Assembly: GCA_963778655.1 (NCBI GenBank)
Contig: CAVZVA010000003.1
Span: forward strand, 512,001-576,000
Direction: 5' to 3'
DNA length: 64,000 nucleotides
DNA from: an uncultured delta proteobacterium
Lineage (GTDB): Bacteria; Myxococcota_A; Polyangia; Polyangiales; JAFGIB01
Shown: piece by piece, positions 20,908 to 30,784 of the stretch
Position numbering within the stretch: the stretch's first letter is position 1
How the letters are laid out: each line of letters starts with the position of its first letter
Notes under the pieces: model-generated
Seen by the model: the letters and a program-made list of their open reading frames with translations, nothing else
Databases searched by the model: none
Told to the model about the DNA's origin: nothing
Position numbers and translations under genes: made by a program

Positions 20908-22917
20908 GTGAGCAAAGGTTCTGCATTGGTATCCATCCTGTTCGCATTCGTCGCCGGTGTGATCATCGGCAACGTCACCGCCGGCCCGTCCGGCTCGAGC
21001 GAGGAGACCGCGGATCAAGGCACCGCGGCCGACGACAACGTCAAAGGCGTCGACGAGAAAGACGGTCCCGACCGCTTCAACGTGCCCGTCAGCGCGGCCC
21101 AGCCGATCAAGGGACCTGCTGACGCGCTGGTCACGATCGTGGAGTTCAGCGATTTCCAGTGTCCGTTCTGCGGGCGCGTGGAGCCCACGCTGAGCCAGAT
21201 CATGAAGGACTACGCGGGCAAGGTGCGCATCGTGTGGCGCAACAACCCGCTGCCCTTCCACCAGAACGCCATGCCGTCCGCGGAGACGGCGATGGAGGCC
21301 TTCGCGGAGGGCGGCAGCGCCAAGTTCTGGGCCATGCACGACAAGCTGTTCGGCAACCAGCAGGCAGAGACCCGCCCCGACCTGGAGAAGTACGGCCAGG
21401 AGCTGGGCCTCGACGCCACCAAGCTGAAGGCGGCGCTCGACCAGCACACGCACCAGGCGAAGATCAAGGCCGACTCGGAGCTCGCCAGCAAGCTCGGCGC
21501 AGGCGGCACCCCGGCGTTCTTCATCAACGGCCGCTTCCTGTCGGGCGCGCAACCGCTACCGCGCTTCAAGGAGATCATCGACGACGAGATCAAGCGCGCG
21601 GAGAAGCTGATCGGTACCGGGCTCGCCAAGAAGCAGATCTACGTTGCACTGACCAAGAACGGCATGACCGCGGCCAAGGCGCCCTCGGCCGAGAACAAGC
21701 CCGCTCCACGCATGCCCGACCCCAAGGCGGTCTACAAGGTGCCGGTCGACAAGGCGCCGGCCAAGGGCCCCTCGGACGCGTACGTCACGATCGTCGAGTT
21801 CAGCGACTTCCAGTGCCCGTTCTGCGGCCGGGTGGAGCCCACCATCAAGCAGATCATGGACACCTACGGCAAGGACGTGCGCTTCGTGTGGCGCAACAAC
21901 CCGCTGCCCTTCCACGACAAGGCGGCGCTGGCCGCCGAGGCCGCAATGGAAGCGCGCGACCAGGGCAAGTTCTGGGAGTACCACGACAAGCTGTTCAGCA
22001 ATCAGCAAGCGCTCGCGCGTGAAAACCTCGAGCAGTACGCCAAGGATCTCGGCTTGAACATGAGCAAGTTCAAGGCGGCGCTCGACAGCAACAAGCACAA
22101 GGCGGAGATCGCGGCCGACCAGACGCTCGCGCGTCAGATCGGTGCCAGCGGCACCCCGTCGTTCTTCATCAACGGCCGCAGCCTACGCGGCGCGCAGCCT
22201 TTCGACGCCTTCAAGTCGCTGATCGACGAGGAGCTCGGCAAGGCCAAGGCGATGGCGCAGAAGGGCACGCCGCGCGCGCAGCTCTACGCCAAGATCATCG
22301 AGAACGGCGCGACCTCGCCGCAGTTCATCAATGGAGCCAAGCCCTCAGCGGCTCCGGCGGCACCCGACGCGGACAAGGTCTACCAGATCCCGCTGGTGAG
22401 CGACGCGCCGGTCAAGGGCGCGAAGAAGGCCAAGGTCGTGATCCAGGAGTTCAGCGACTTCCAGTGCCCGTTCTGCAACCGCGTCCTGCCGACCGTGAAG
22501 CAGGTCATGCAGGACTACGGCGACAAGGTGCAGGTGGTCTGGCGCAACTACCCGCTGCCGTTCCACGACAAGGCCGAGAAGGCCGCCGAGGCCGCACGCG
22601 AGGTCTACGAACAGGGCGGCTCGGAGAAATTCTGGGCCTATCATGACATGCTGTTCGGCAACCAGCAGGCGCTGACCCCCGATGACCTGGTCAAGTACGC
22701 GGGCCAGATCCCGGGGATCAACGCGAGCAAGGTCAAGGCCGCGCTCGACACCGACAAGCACAAGGCGCGGGTCAAGGCCGACATCGACGCCATCGCGAAG
22801 GCCGGCGCGCGCATCGGCACGCCGTCGTTCTTCATCAACGGCAAGCTGCTGCAGGGAGCCCAGCCCTACCCGGCCTTCAAGGCCGCGATCGACAAGGCGC
22901 TGGCCGAAGCCAAGTAG
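20908..22917 (+). CDS. Triple thioredoxin/DsbA-domain protein
   Basis: Three copies of EFSDFQCPFC...PLPFH...GTP(A/S)FFING...GAQP; N-terminal anchor. Confidence 0.93.
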   Translation: MSKGSALVSILFAFVAGVIIGNVTAGPSGSSEETADQGTAADDNVKGVDEKDGPDRFNVPVSAAQPIKGPADALVTIVEFSDFQCPFCGRVEPTLSQIMKDYAGKVRIVWRNNPLPFHQNAMPSAETAMEAFAEGGSAKFWAMHDKLFGNQQAETRPDLEKYGQELGLDATKLKAALDQHTHQAKIKADSELASKLGAGGTPAFFINGRFLSGAQPLPRFKEIIDDEIKRAEKLIGTGLAKKQIYVALTKNGMTAAKAPSAENKPAPRMPDPKAVYKVPVDKAPAKGPSDAYVTIVEFSDFQCPFCGRVEPTIKQIMDTYGKDVRFVWRNNPLPFHDKAALAAEAAMEARDQGKFWEYHDKLFSNQQALARENLEQYAKDLGLNMSKFKAALDSNKHKAEIAADQTLARQIGASGTPSFFINGRSLRGAQPFDAFKSLIDEELGKAKAMAQKGTPRAQLYAKIIENGATSPQFINGAKPSAAPAAPDADKVYQIPLVSDAPVKGAKKAKVVIQEFSDFQCPFCNRVLPTVKQVMQDYGDKVQVVWRNYPLPFHDKAEKAAEAAREVYEQGGSEKFWAYHDMLFGNQQALTPDDLVKYAGQIPGINASKVKAALDTDKHKARVKADIDAIAKAGARIGTPSFFINGKLLQGAQPYPAFKAAIDKALAEAK

Positions 22918-22940
22918 GCGCGGCCACGGCGTTGACGCGA

Positions 22941-22976
22941 GCGGGGGGCCCGAGCTGTCGGGTCCCCCGTTCGTGT
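22941..22976 (+). terminator. Probable intrinsic terminator hairpin
   Basis: GCGGGGGGCCCGA-gctg-TCGGGTCCCCCGT followed by a weak T-tract, just after the DsbA gene. Confidence 0.6.
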
Positions 22977-23037
22977 CCTTGCGGGGGCCTTGCGGGGTAA
23001 CGCGCACCCTCCCGGCAACAGGATCCTTGCTCGCGAT

Positions 23038-23066
23038 TTGACAGGCGCCTGCCCCCGGAATAGGTA
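23038..23066 (+). promoter_or_regulatory. Sigma70-type promoter
   Basis: TTGACA-17bp-TAGGTA, upstream of the GGAGG RBS and ATG 23092. Confidence 0.55.
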
Positions 23067-23091
23067 CGGTGACCCGCGGAGGAGAGAGCCC

Positions 23092-24036
23092 ATGGCCAGA
23101 GCAGCGCGCGCAACGGCAGCAGCAGCAGCAGCAGCGGCGGAACCGGCGCTACCGATCGTCGAGGAGCGGCACTTCCGCAGCGACAACGCCTTTCTGTGCT
23201 TGTTGTTGAATCGCCGTACCAAGCAGATCCGTGTGATCGACTTCCGCGCCGGTGCGCTTCCAGCCAAGCGCCTGTTCATCCAGTCGGTGGCGCAGCGCGA
23301 GGGCGTGGACAAGGTCATCTTGCTGGTCGAGAAGGACGAGGTTTCGTCGTGGACCCGCGTCGGCTTCGTCCGCGAGGGCACGGTGCCCGGCTTCTACAAG
23401 CGCAGCGACGGCCATCTGGTGGGGTGCGTGATCGGCGACAGGACCGCGTCGGTCGAGGCGGGCGAGGCCGCGCAGCGGCTGGCGGACAAGACGATCACCG
23501 CGGCCAAGAAGATCGCGGGCGACTTCGACGACCCGATCAAGGGGGTCGCCGTCAAGACCGTGACGGAGAAGGCGGCGCTGGCCGCGCGCGACACGGTCTG
23601 GCGGAAGCAGGACGCCGCCTACGGCAGCTTCGATCCCTTCGGCCGCGACGCCCAGCGGCTCTATCTCGAGGTGGTGCCCAAGAAGGCGAAGCCGAACTTC
23701 CTGTCGGCCGAGTACCAGGACTGCTTCGGGCACTCGCTGATCGAGATCCTTCGCCGCCCCAAGGCCAGCGCCGACCTGGCCGCCGCGGTGGCGGGCCTGC
23801 GCGCGCTGGAGGAGGACCTCAAGCGGCGCGAGATCGTCTCGGCCTTCGCCTTTGCGCCGGTGGACGACGTCGAGCTGAGCGCGGTCTTCCTCGCCGGCGG
23901 CTACCGCAAGACCGGACTGCTCGCCAAGGGCGTGCTGGCGGAAGGCAAGCGCGGCGACGCCATTCTGTGGACACGCAAGCTGGCCGACCCGGCCGGCGGC
24001 GAAGAGGGCGCGGCAGAAAGCGCCTTCGACAGCTGA
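23092..24036 (+). CDS. GNAT-like protein resembling beta-lysine N6-acetyltransferase (AblB/YodP)
   Basis: NRRTKQIRVIDF...GVDKVILLV...GFVREGTVPGFY..SDG, and a second half with GGYRKTGLL...DAILW. Similarity recalled, not searched. Confidence 0.55.
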   Translation: MARAARATAAAAAAAAEPALPIVEERHFRSDNAFLCLLLNRRTKQIRVIDFRAGALPAKRLFIQSVAQREGVDKVILLVEKDEVSSWTRVGFVREGTVPGFYKRSDGHLVGCVIGDRTASVEAGEAAQRLADKTITAAKKIAGDFDDPIKGVAVKTVTEKAALAARDTVWRKQDAAYGSFDPFGRDAQRLYLEVVPKKAKPNFLSAEYQDCFGHSLIEILRRPKASADLAAAVAGLRALEEDLKRREIVSAFAFAPVDDVELSAVFLAGGYRKTGLLAKGVLAEGKRGDAILWTRKLADPAGGEEGAAESAFDS

Positions 24037-24108
24037 GCCAAGGGCTCGGCGCGGCGATTCGCACGTGCCGCGCGGATCTGCTAATCTGTTCAGGGAACGA
24101 GCCCTCGA

Positions 24109-24136
24109 TTGACACGCGCGGGGAACGGCTTAAGTT
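24109..24136 (+). promoter_or_regulatory. Sigma70-type promoter
   Basis: TTGACA-16bp-TAAGTT upstream of ATG 24152. Confidence 0.45.
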
Positions 24137-24151
24137 GCCCGCTCGGAGACC

Positions 24152-24430
24152 ATGCCGACCTACAGCTACCTTTGCGACGCCTGCCACCGCGAGTTCGAGC
24201 GGGAACAGCGGATCAGCGAAGACCCGATCAAGAAGTGCCCGAGCTGCGGCAAGCTGCGCGCGCGCCGGCTGATCAGCAGCGGCAACTTCATCCTCAAGGG
24301 CGGCGGCTGGTACTCGGACGGCTACGGTTCGAGCAAGAGTAGCGGCGCCAAGAAGGACGCCAAGGACAAGGACACATCCAGCTCGAGCCCAGCGCCTAGC
24401 AAGGACGCGAAGCCGGCGAGCACGGACTGA
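24152..24430 (+). CDS. FmdB-family zinc-ribbon protein
   Basis: MPTYSYLCDAC...FE..Q.ISEDP..KCPSCG...RRLIS...FILKGGGWYSDGY. Confidence 0.92.
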   Translation: MPTYSYLCDACHREFEREQRISEDPIKKCPSCGKLRARRLISSGNFILKGGGWYSDGYGSSKSSGAKKDAKDKDTSSSSPAPSKDAKPASTD

Positions 24431-24712
24431 CCGCGGCAGCGCAAGCCTGCGCGCGCGACGCTCCAAGCGCTCGCCCGCGCGCAGGTGCTCGCGCGATCGG
24501 TCGCAGCTCCGGCTATCCATTTCGCTCACAGTGCATCTCGCATGCGCGCGCAGGTCACAGCGCGTACGAAGTAGCGTTTGCGCGCGTTGCGCGGGCACTC
24601 TCGCTGCGTAGACTGCCGCTCGCAGCCTGTTTGGACGACCGTAGTGGCCGGGTCGACCGACCCGAGCGCTCGTCGTCGATGGGAGGGTTGCGAGATCGAG
24701 GCGAGAGGCAAC

Positions 24713-26533
24713 ATGACTGAGAGGAAGCACAGCTTTGCGTGGCGCTGCGCAGCATGGTCGTTCGCGCTGTTGTTTGTGAGCGAGGCTGCGGCCCAGGGGC
24801 CGGACACCTTTGCGAAGGACGCACCGGCGCAAACCGAGGGCGGCGGCCGCACCGCAGCGGCCACGAGCCAACGCACGCTCGGGGCGGCAGCCGCCAGCCA
24901 CATGGTGGAGCACCTCAAGCAGGAGCACACCTCGCTCGATCAGATCGGGCTCGAGCTCAAGAACGCGAATGTCCCTGTAGGCGCGGCGCTGAAAGCGCTG
25001 CGTGAGAACGGCTACAAGGGCAAGGATCTGGCGGGAGGCCTCGCGGCCTGGGGCGTCGGCGACGCCGAGCAACTCGCGCAGGCGGCACACGGCTCCGGGA
25101 TGAAAGCTGCGGAGATCGTCCCGCTGCTCGAGGAGGTGTTCGGTGCGGGGACCCCCGAGATCGTCGCCAGCCTGAGCAGCGTGGGGCTCAAGGACGGGGA
25201 AATCGCGAGCTCGCTGCGCAAGGCCAAGGTCGAGCCCGCGGAGATCGCACGCGCGTTTGCCAAGCACGACAAGGACACGGCGGCGATCGCCGCCGCGCTG
25301 GGCGGCGCCGGCCTCCCTCCGGTCGCGATCGCACGCGCGCTCAAGGCGGCGCAGCAGCCGCCGACGGAAATCGCCGCCGCGCTCGCGGCCCGCAAGCTGA
25401 AGCCGCCCGCCGTGGTCAAAGCGCTGGAGCAGGCCAAGATCTTCGCCGGCGACCTGGCGCTCGAGCTCAAAACCAAGGGCAAGGGTTTCGACGAGATCGC
25501 CAGCACGCTGCACCGCACCGGCTTCGGAAACCCGGCCGTCGCACATGGCCTGAAGTTTGCGGGCGCCGATCCGGCGGCGCGCGCCGCCGCGCTGCACGGC
25601 TTGGGCGTCAAGCCGCGCGAAATCGTCGAGACGCTGCGCAAGCAGAAGGCCTCCGACCAGGAGATCGGCAAGGCCCTGCTGGCCAGCCACCTCAGCACGG
25701 CCGAGGCGATCGATGCGCTGCGCGACACGGGCGCGAGCTGGAGCACGGTGATCTCGTCGCTGCGCGCCGCGGGCGTGGAGACCGCCGCGCTGGCGGCGGC
25801 GGCCAAGGACAAGCGCGTCGCCGCCGGCGATGTCGCCCCCGGCCTGGTGCAGAGCGGTCTCTCCAGCAAGGACGCGGCCAGGGCGCTACGCGCGGCGAAA
25901 TACGCGCCGGGCGACGTCGCCTGGGGTCTGAAGACGGCCGGCCTCTCGACCGACGACATCGCGCTCACGCTCAAGGACATCGGCGAGAAGCGCGCCGACG
26001 TGGTGGCCGGCCTGCGCAAGCTCAACGTCGAGAATGCCGCGCTCGCGAGCGCGCTCAAGACCGCGGGGTTCTCGGCAACGATGGTGGCCGAGGATCTGAA
26101 AGCCGGCTCCAAGGACCTGACCAAGGTGGCCGCCACGCTCAAGCATGCCGGCTACGACTGCAAGGAGATCGGCAAGGCGCTCAAGGCTCCGCACAAGCAG
26201 GTTGCCGCAGCGCTCCACGCCGCCAAGTGCACGCCCGACGAGACCGCCGCCGCGCTGGCGGGCGCCGGGGTGTCTCACGCCGAGGTGACCTCGCTGCTCA
26301 AGGGCCTGGCGATCGACCGCACCTACGTGGCGCGCGCGCTCAAGGGCGCGGGCTCCTCCGCGCCCGAGATCGCCAAGGACATGAAGCACGCCGCATACTC
26401 CGCCGACGACGTCGCGGTGGCCATGCGCCTGTGCGGCTACTCGGCTGACGAGGTGGACAAAGCCATGACGGGGGCGCGTTTCCCGAAGAAAGAGATCGCG
26501 CCCGCGCTCGCCTACGCTGGCTACAAGCGCTGA
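24713..26533 (+). CDS. Secreted alpha-helical repeat protein (14-aa repeats)
   Basis: Signal peptide ending AAAQ, followed by about 38 units of consensus xLxxAGxxxxEIAx. Confidence 0.75.
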   Translation: MTERKHSFAWRCAAWSFALLFVSEAAAQGPDTFAKDAPAQTEGGGRTAAATSQRTLGAAAASHMVEHLKQEHTSLDQIGLELKNANVPVGAALKALRENGYKGKDLAGGLAAWGVGDAEQLAQAAHGSGMKAAEIVPLLEEVFGAGTPEIVASLSSVGLKDGEIASSLRKAKVEPAEIARAFAKHDKDTAAIAAALGGAGLPPVAIARALKAAQQPPTEIAAALAARKLKPPAVVKALEQAKIFAGDLALELKTKGKGFDEIASTLHRTGFGNPAVAHGLKFAGADPAARAAALHGLGVKPREIVETLRKQKASDQEIGKALLASHLSTAEAIDALRDTGASWSTVISSLRAAGVETAALAAAAKDKRVAAGDVAPGLVQSGLSSKDAARALRAAKYAPGDVAWGLKTAGLSTDDIALTLKDIGEKRADVVAGLRKLNVENAALASALKTAGFSATMVAEDLKAGSKDLTKVAATLKHAGYDCKEIGKALKAPHKQVAAALHAAKCTPDETAAALAGAGVSHAEVTSLLKGLAIDRTYVARALKGAGSSAPEIAKDMKHAAYSADDVAVAMRLCGYSADEVDKAMTGARFPKKEIAPALAYAGYKR

Positions 26534-26552
26534 CGCGCGCTTGCCGCAGCGC

Positions 26553-28775
26553 TCATGCGGGCTCGAGATAGCTGGTGATCAGCGTCTTGTCGCCCCAGCC
26601 GGGAAAGCGCACGGTCACCCGCGGGGGGCTGCCGGGTGAGAGCCCGCACACCTCCCCGACGCCGAACTTCTTGTGCCGCACGCGCATGCCGGGGTGCAGC
26701 TCGGCGCCGTCGAGGTCGGAGCCCTCGCTGGTGTCGACGCGCGAATCTCCGGGCACCGGCGCGGGCGGCCGGGACGAAGCGCCGAACGCGGGCTCACGGC
26801 GCTCGCGTCCCACCACCTCGAGCTCCTGCCGGGGCATCTCGGACAGAAAGCGGGAGGGCCGGCGCGAGCGCAGCTCGCCGTAGACGCGGCGGCTCTGGGC
26901 GTAGCTGAGGAACAAGCGCTGCTGCGCGCGCGTAAACGCGACGTAGGCCAACCTCCGCTCCTCCTCGAGGTCGTCGAAATCGGGCTCGCTGCCGTCGAAT
27001 GAGGGACGCACGTTGGGAAAGGTCTCCTCTTCCAGACCGGCCACCATCACCACCGGAAACTCGAGCCCCTTGGCCGCGTGCACCGTCATCAGCGTGATCG
27101 CGTCGTCGTTTTCGACGCGGTCGGCGTCGGTTTGCAGCGTGACCAGCTCGAGAAAGGCCGAGAGCGTCGGTTCCTCGGCCTCGCGCTCGAATTCGAGCAT
27201 CGAGCCCAGCACCTCCTGCAGGTTTTCGAGCCGGGCGTCGCCCTCGACGCTGTCGTCCTCCTTGAGCACCTGCACGTAACCGGTGTGCTCCAGCACGTGA
27301 CGCGCGAGCTGAGAAGGGCCGTGGCCCTGTTGCGACATCTGGCGCAGCAGCTCGATCAGCGAGCGGAATCGGGCGAAGCTCTTCTTCGCCGCCGAGGTCT
27401 GCGCCGGATCGTGCTCGACCTCACCCAGGGCCTGCCACACGCTGACGCCGCGCCGGGCCGCGGATTCCAGCAGTCGCTCGATCGCGGTCTTGCCGATGCC
27501 GCGCGGCGGGGTGTTCACGATGCGCAGCAGGCTCACGTCGTCGTCCTGGTTGTGCACCACGCGCAGATAGGCCAGCAGATCCTTGATCTCGGCGCGGTCG
27601 TAGAAACGCAGCCCGCCCACCACGCGGTAGGGCAGATCGACGAAGCGCAGCGCCTCCTCGAACACCCGTGACTGCGCGTGCGTGCGGTACAACAGCGCGA
27701 GCTCGCGCCGGGCGTGGCCGGCGTCGAGCAGCATCAACATCAGCTTCACCAGCAGAGAGGCCTCGTCGCGCTCGTCGCCGGCGCACAGCAGCGTGACGCG
27801 CGCCCCCGGCTCGTTATCGGTCCACAGCCGCTTGGGCTCGCGCGCGACGTTCCTGGCCACGACCGCGTTGGCCACCTGCAGGATGCGCTGGGTGGAGCGG
27901 TAGTTCTGCTCCAGCTTGACCACGCGCGCGTCGGGGAAGTGGCGGGTGAACTCGAGGATATTGCGGCGGTCGGCGCCGCGGAAGCGGTAGATGCTCTGGT
28001 CGTCGTCGCCGACCACGCACAGATTGCGGTGGCGTTCGGCCAGCGCGCGCAACCAAAGCGTCTGCACGCGGTTGGTGTCCTGGTACTCGTCGACCAGCAC
28101 GTGCGAGAAGCGCGACTGCAGCTCGGCGGTGAGCGCCGGGCTCTTGCTCATGGCGTCGACCAGCCGGAAGATCAGATCGCCGAAGTCGAGCGCGCCCGCG
28201 GCGCGCATGCGCGTCTCGTACGCGGCAAACACGCGCGCCACGACGCGCGTGAGATCGTCGCTTGCTTCGTAGCTATCGGCGCCCACCGCCTCGTGCTTGG
28301 AGCGGTTGATGATCGAGGCCAGCAGGCGCGGGTGGTAGCGGCGCTCGTCGAGTCCCTCGTCGCGCACGATCCGCGTGAGCATGGCGCGCTGATCCGAGTC
28401 GTCGTAGATCACGAAGCCGCGCCGCACCTCCGCCAGCTCGGCGTAGCGCCGCAGCAGCCGCGCGCAAATCGCGTGAAAGGTGCCGACCCACAGGTCCTGG
28501 GCGCCCGAGGGCAGCAGCGCACCAAGGCGCTGGCGCATCTCGGCGGCGGCCTTGTTGGTGAAGGTGACCGCCAGCACGCGCCAGGGGGGCACGGAGAGGT
28601 CGCCGACCAGATGTGCGACGCGGTGGGTGATGACGCGGGTCTTGCCGCTGCCGGCGCCCGCAAACACGACCAGGGGGCCGTCGCCGTGCAGGACGGCTTC
28701 GCGCTGAGGTGGGTTGAGGCCGTCCAGCGACAGCGGCACGGGCGCTAAGCTAGCGCCCGCCAGCCCCGCCACCAA
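26553..28775 (-). CDS. uvrD: UvrD/PcrA DNA helicase (start may be near 28739)
   Basis: AGAGSGKT, VTFTNKAA, VDEYQDTN, VGDDDQSIY.FRGA, LEQNYRST, MTVHAAKGLEF, EERRLAYVA; C-terminal Tudor-like domain. Confidence 0.95.
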   Translation of the reverse strand: MVAGLAGASLAPVPLSLDGLNPPQREAVLHGDGPLVVFAGAGSGKTRVITHRVAHLVGDLSVPPWRVLAVTFTNKAAAEMRQRLGALLPSGAQDLWVGTFHAICARLLRRYAELAEVRRGFVIYDDSDQRAMLTRIVRDEGLDERRYHPRLLASIINRSKHEAVGADSYEASDDLTRVVARVFAAYETRMRAAGALDFGDLIFRLVDAMSKSPALTAELQSRFSHVLVDEYQDTNRVQTLWLRALAERHRNLCVVGDDDQSIYRFRGADRRNILEFTRHFPDARVVKLEQNYRSTQRILQVANAVVARNVAREPKRLWTDNEPGARVTLLCAGDERDEASLLVKLMLMLLDAGHARRELALLYRTHAQSRVFEEALRFVDLPYRVVGGLRFYDRAEIKDLLAYLRVVHNQDDDVSLLRIVNTPPRGIGKTAIERLLESAARRGVSVWQALGEVEHDPAQTSAAKKSFARFRSLIELLRQMSQQGHGPSQLARHVLEHTGYVQVLKEDDSVEGDARLENLQEVLGSMLEFEREAEEPTLSAFLELVTLQTDADRVENDDAITLMTVHAAKGLEFPVVMVAGLEEETFPNVRPSFDGSEPDFDDLEEERRLAYVAFTRAQQRLFLSYAQSRRVYGELRSRRPSRFLSEMPRQELEVVGRERREPAFGASSRPPAPVPGDSRVDTSEGSDLDGAELHPGMRVRHKKFGVGEVCGLSPGSPPRVTVRFPGWGDKTLITSYLEPA

Positions 28776-28853
28776 GCGGAAAGGCGGCGCCTTGGCCCCC
28801 CTGCGTGGCGGCCGTGGCCAAGAGGGCGCGCATTCATGTTACATATCGGACCC

Positions 28854-29546
28854 ATGAAGCTGGCGCAGGGCCAGGCCGCAAGCGAGGGCACGGCGCCCAA
28901 GTCGTTGAATCGGCAGGCCTCGGAGACGTCCAAAGCCGTGGAGGAGGTGGACCGGCAAGATGGCGATAGCGAGCTGGTCCGGCGGGTCCAAGCCGGCGAC
29001 CAGGCGGCTTTTCGCGGCCTGTTCGACCGCTACCACCGGCGCGTGTTCGCGGTCGCCCTGGGGGTGGTCAAGAACCAGGACGACGCCCTCGACGTGGTCC
29101 AGGAGGCTTTCGTCAAGGTCCACAAGCACATCGGCGGCTTTCAAGGCAGCTCTAGCTTCTACACCTGGCTGTACCGAATCGCGATGAACCTGGCTATCGA
29201 TCACGTGCGAAGAACGCGCAAAGTCGTGGAGTTCGACGAGCGGGTCAACAAGGACGACGCGACCTCGGCCGGCGCGATTCTGCCCCAGCTGACCCACGAC
29301 AATCCGAGCAAGACGGTCTCGCGCCACGAGCTTTCGGGACAGATCCGGGCCGCGCTCGAGACCTTGCCGGAGTACCATCGAGCGGTGATCCTGCTGCGCG
29401 AGGTCGAGGGGCTGAGCTACGAGGAGATGTCGAAGGTGCTCAAGGTCCCCAAAGGGACGATCATGAGCCGGCTGTTTCACGCGCGGCGCAAGATGCAACA
29501 GCAGCTCGAGGGCTACCTCGGGGGCGATCTCGAGGTGACGGAGTAA
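28854..29546 (+). CDS. ECF RNA polymerase sigma factor
   Basis: DALDVVQEAFVKV, SFYTWLYRIAMN, LREVEGLSYEEMSKVL..PKGTIMSRLFHAR. Confidence 0.93.
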   Translation: MKLAQGQAASEGTAPKSLNRQASETSKAVEEVDRQDGDSELVRRVQAGDQAAFRGLFDRYHRRVFAVALGVVKNQDDALDVVQEAFVKVHKHIGGFQGSSSFYTWLYRIAMNLAIDHVRRTRKVVEFDERVNKDDATSAGAILPQLTHDNPSKTVSRHELSGQIRAALETLPEYHRAVILLREVEGLSYEEMSKVLKVPKGTIMSRLFHARRKMQQQLEGYLGGDLEVTE

Positions 29547-29549
29547 GCC

Positions 29550-30113
29550 GTGAACGACGAGCACGTGGAAGAGGAGCTGCTCAATCGCTACTTCGACGGC
29601 GACCTCGCGCCGGCGCACGCGAGCGAGGTGGCCCAGCACATCGAGCGCTGCGCGTCCTGCGCCGCGCGCCACCGCGCGCTCGGGGAGCTACAGCGCTTGA
29701 TCGGCATCGCGGCCGAGGATGACGGGCGGCAGGTCGACTTCGATGCGGTGTTCGGCCGCATCGAGGGCGCAGTGCGGCGGCAGCCGGCCCCCGGGCTCGG
29801 GGAGCGCGTCTCGTTCGAGCTGCACGACCGGGTGGAGCGCCGCACTGCCCTGCTATGGATGCCGGCCGCAGGCGCGCTCGCCGCCGCTGCGGCCCTGGCA
29901 CTGATGCTGCGCAGCGGCAACTCCCAGCCCGCCCCCCGCGCGGTCGCGAACGGCGCCGATCCGGTGCAGGCCCGGGTCGCCCCGGGCAGCTCGGAGGTCG
30001 AACAGGTCGATTTTGGCGCCAAAACCGGTACCGTGTTCGAAGTCGCGGTGGCCGACGGCGTGTCGACCCCCGTGGTATGGATCGACGACGATGGCGACCA
30101 AGGTGCGGAGTAG
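29550..30113 (+). CDS. Zinc-finger (HxxxCxxC) membrane anti-sigma factor
   Basis: YFDGDL....VAQHIERCASC, one TM helix; directly after the ECF sigma gene. Confidence 0.85.
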   Translation: MNDEHVEEELLNRYFDGDLAPAHASEVAQHIERCASCAARHRALGELQRLIGIAAEDDGRQVDFDAVFGRIEGAVRRQPAPGLGERVSFELHDRVERRTALLWMPAAGALAAAAALALMLRSGNSQPAPRAVANGADPVQARVAPGSSEVEQVDFGAKTGTVFEVAVADGVSTPVVWIDDDGDQGAE

Positions 30114-30647
30114 GTGGCGATGCTCGGGCTTGACAAGGGTGTGCTGATGCGAGCGGCCGAATCCGAGGGTCCACGGCGGCATCGGCTCGGCCGCGTGGCC
30201 GCGCTGTGCCTGCTCGCGCCCTGCCTGCTGGCGCCCGCGCGCGTAGCGCTGGCCGCGAACCCGCCGGTCAAGAGCGAGGTGCTGGTGATTCTCGCCAAGG
30301 AGCAAGCCGGCGAGATCGACCCCAAGCTCAAGCAGCTGCGCGCGCTGCAGAAGCCGCCCTTCAACAGCTACAAGTCGATGAAGGTGCTGTCGACCACCGA
30401 GGTGGAGCTGAGCACGGAGCACGCCGCCACGGTCGCGCTGCCCAACGGGCGCAGCCTGCAGCTCAAGCTGCTGGCGCGCATGCCGGACGGCCGTCACAAG
30501 GTGCAGGTCTCGATCAACCGTCCGGGGAAGCAGGACTACTTGCCGCTGTTGACGGTGATCGCGTCGGGCGAGCCGTTCTTCGTCGCGGGCCAGCACTACC
30601 AGGGCGGCACCCTGGTGATCGGCGTGCGCGTGGGGACCGGCAAGTAG
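30114..30647 (+). CDS. Hypothetical exported protein in the ECF operon
   Basis: Signal peptide; IDPKLKQL..LQKPPFNSYKS; start may be 30147. Confidence 0.7.
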   Translation: MAMLGLDKGVLMRAAESEGPRRHRLGRVAALCLLAPCLLAPARVALAANPPVKSEVLVILAKEQAGEIDPKLKQLRALQKPPFNSYKSMKVLSTTEVELSTEHAATVALPNGRSLQLKLLARMPDGRHKVQVSINRPGKQDYLPLLTVIASGEPFFVAGQHYQGGTLVIGVRVGTGK

Positions 30648-30784
30648 CGCGCGCGGGCCCGGCGGCCGCTGCGCGAGCGGCGTGGTATATTGCGGGCGGC
30701 GGACTGGGGCGGCTCGCGCTCTTCCCGTCTCGGCGGCAAAACCGCCGGCACCTCCTCCTGCGGGATCGCCCCGCTCCCACGGCC

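Noticed and set aside
21100..22570. Repeated DNA blocks (GAGTTCAGCGACTTCCAGTGCCCGTTCTG) as a possible CRISPR array
   Set aside because: They are coding repeats of the three DsbA domains, about 660 bp apart; no cas genes.
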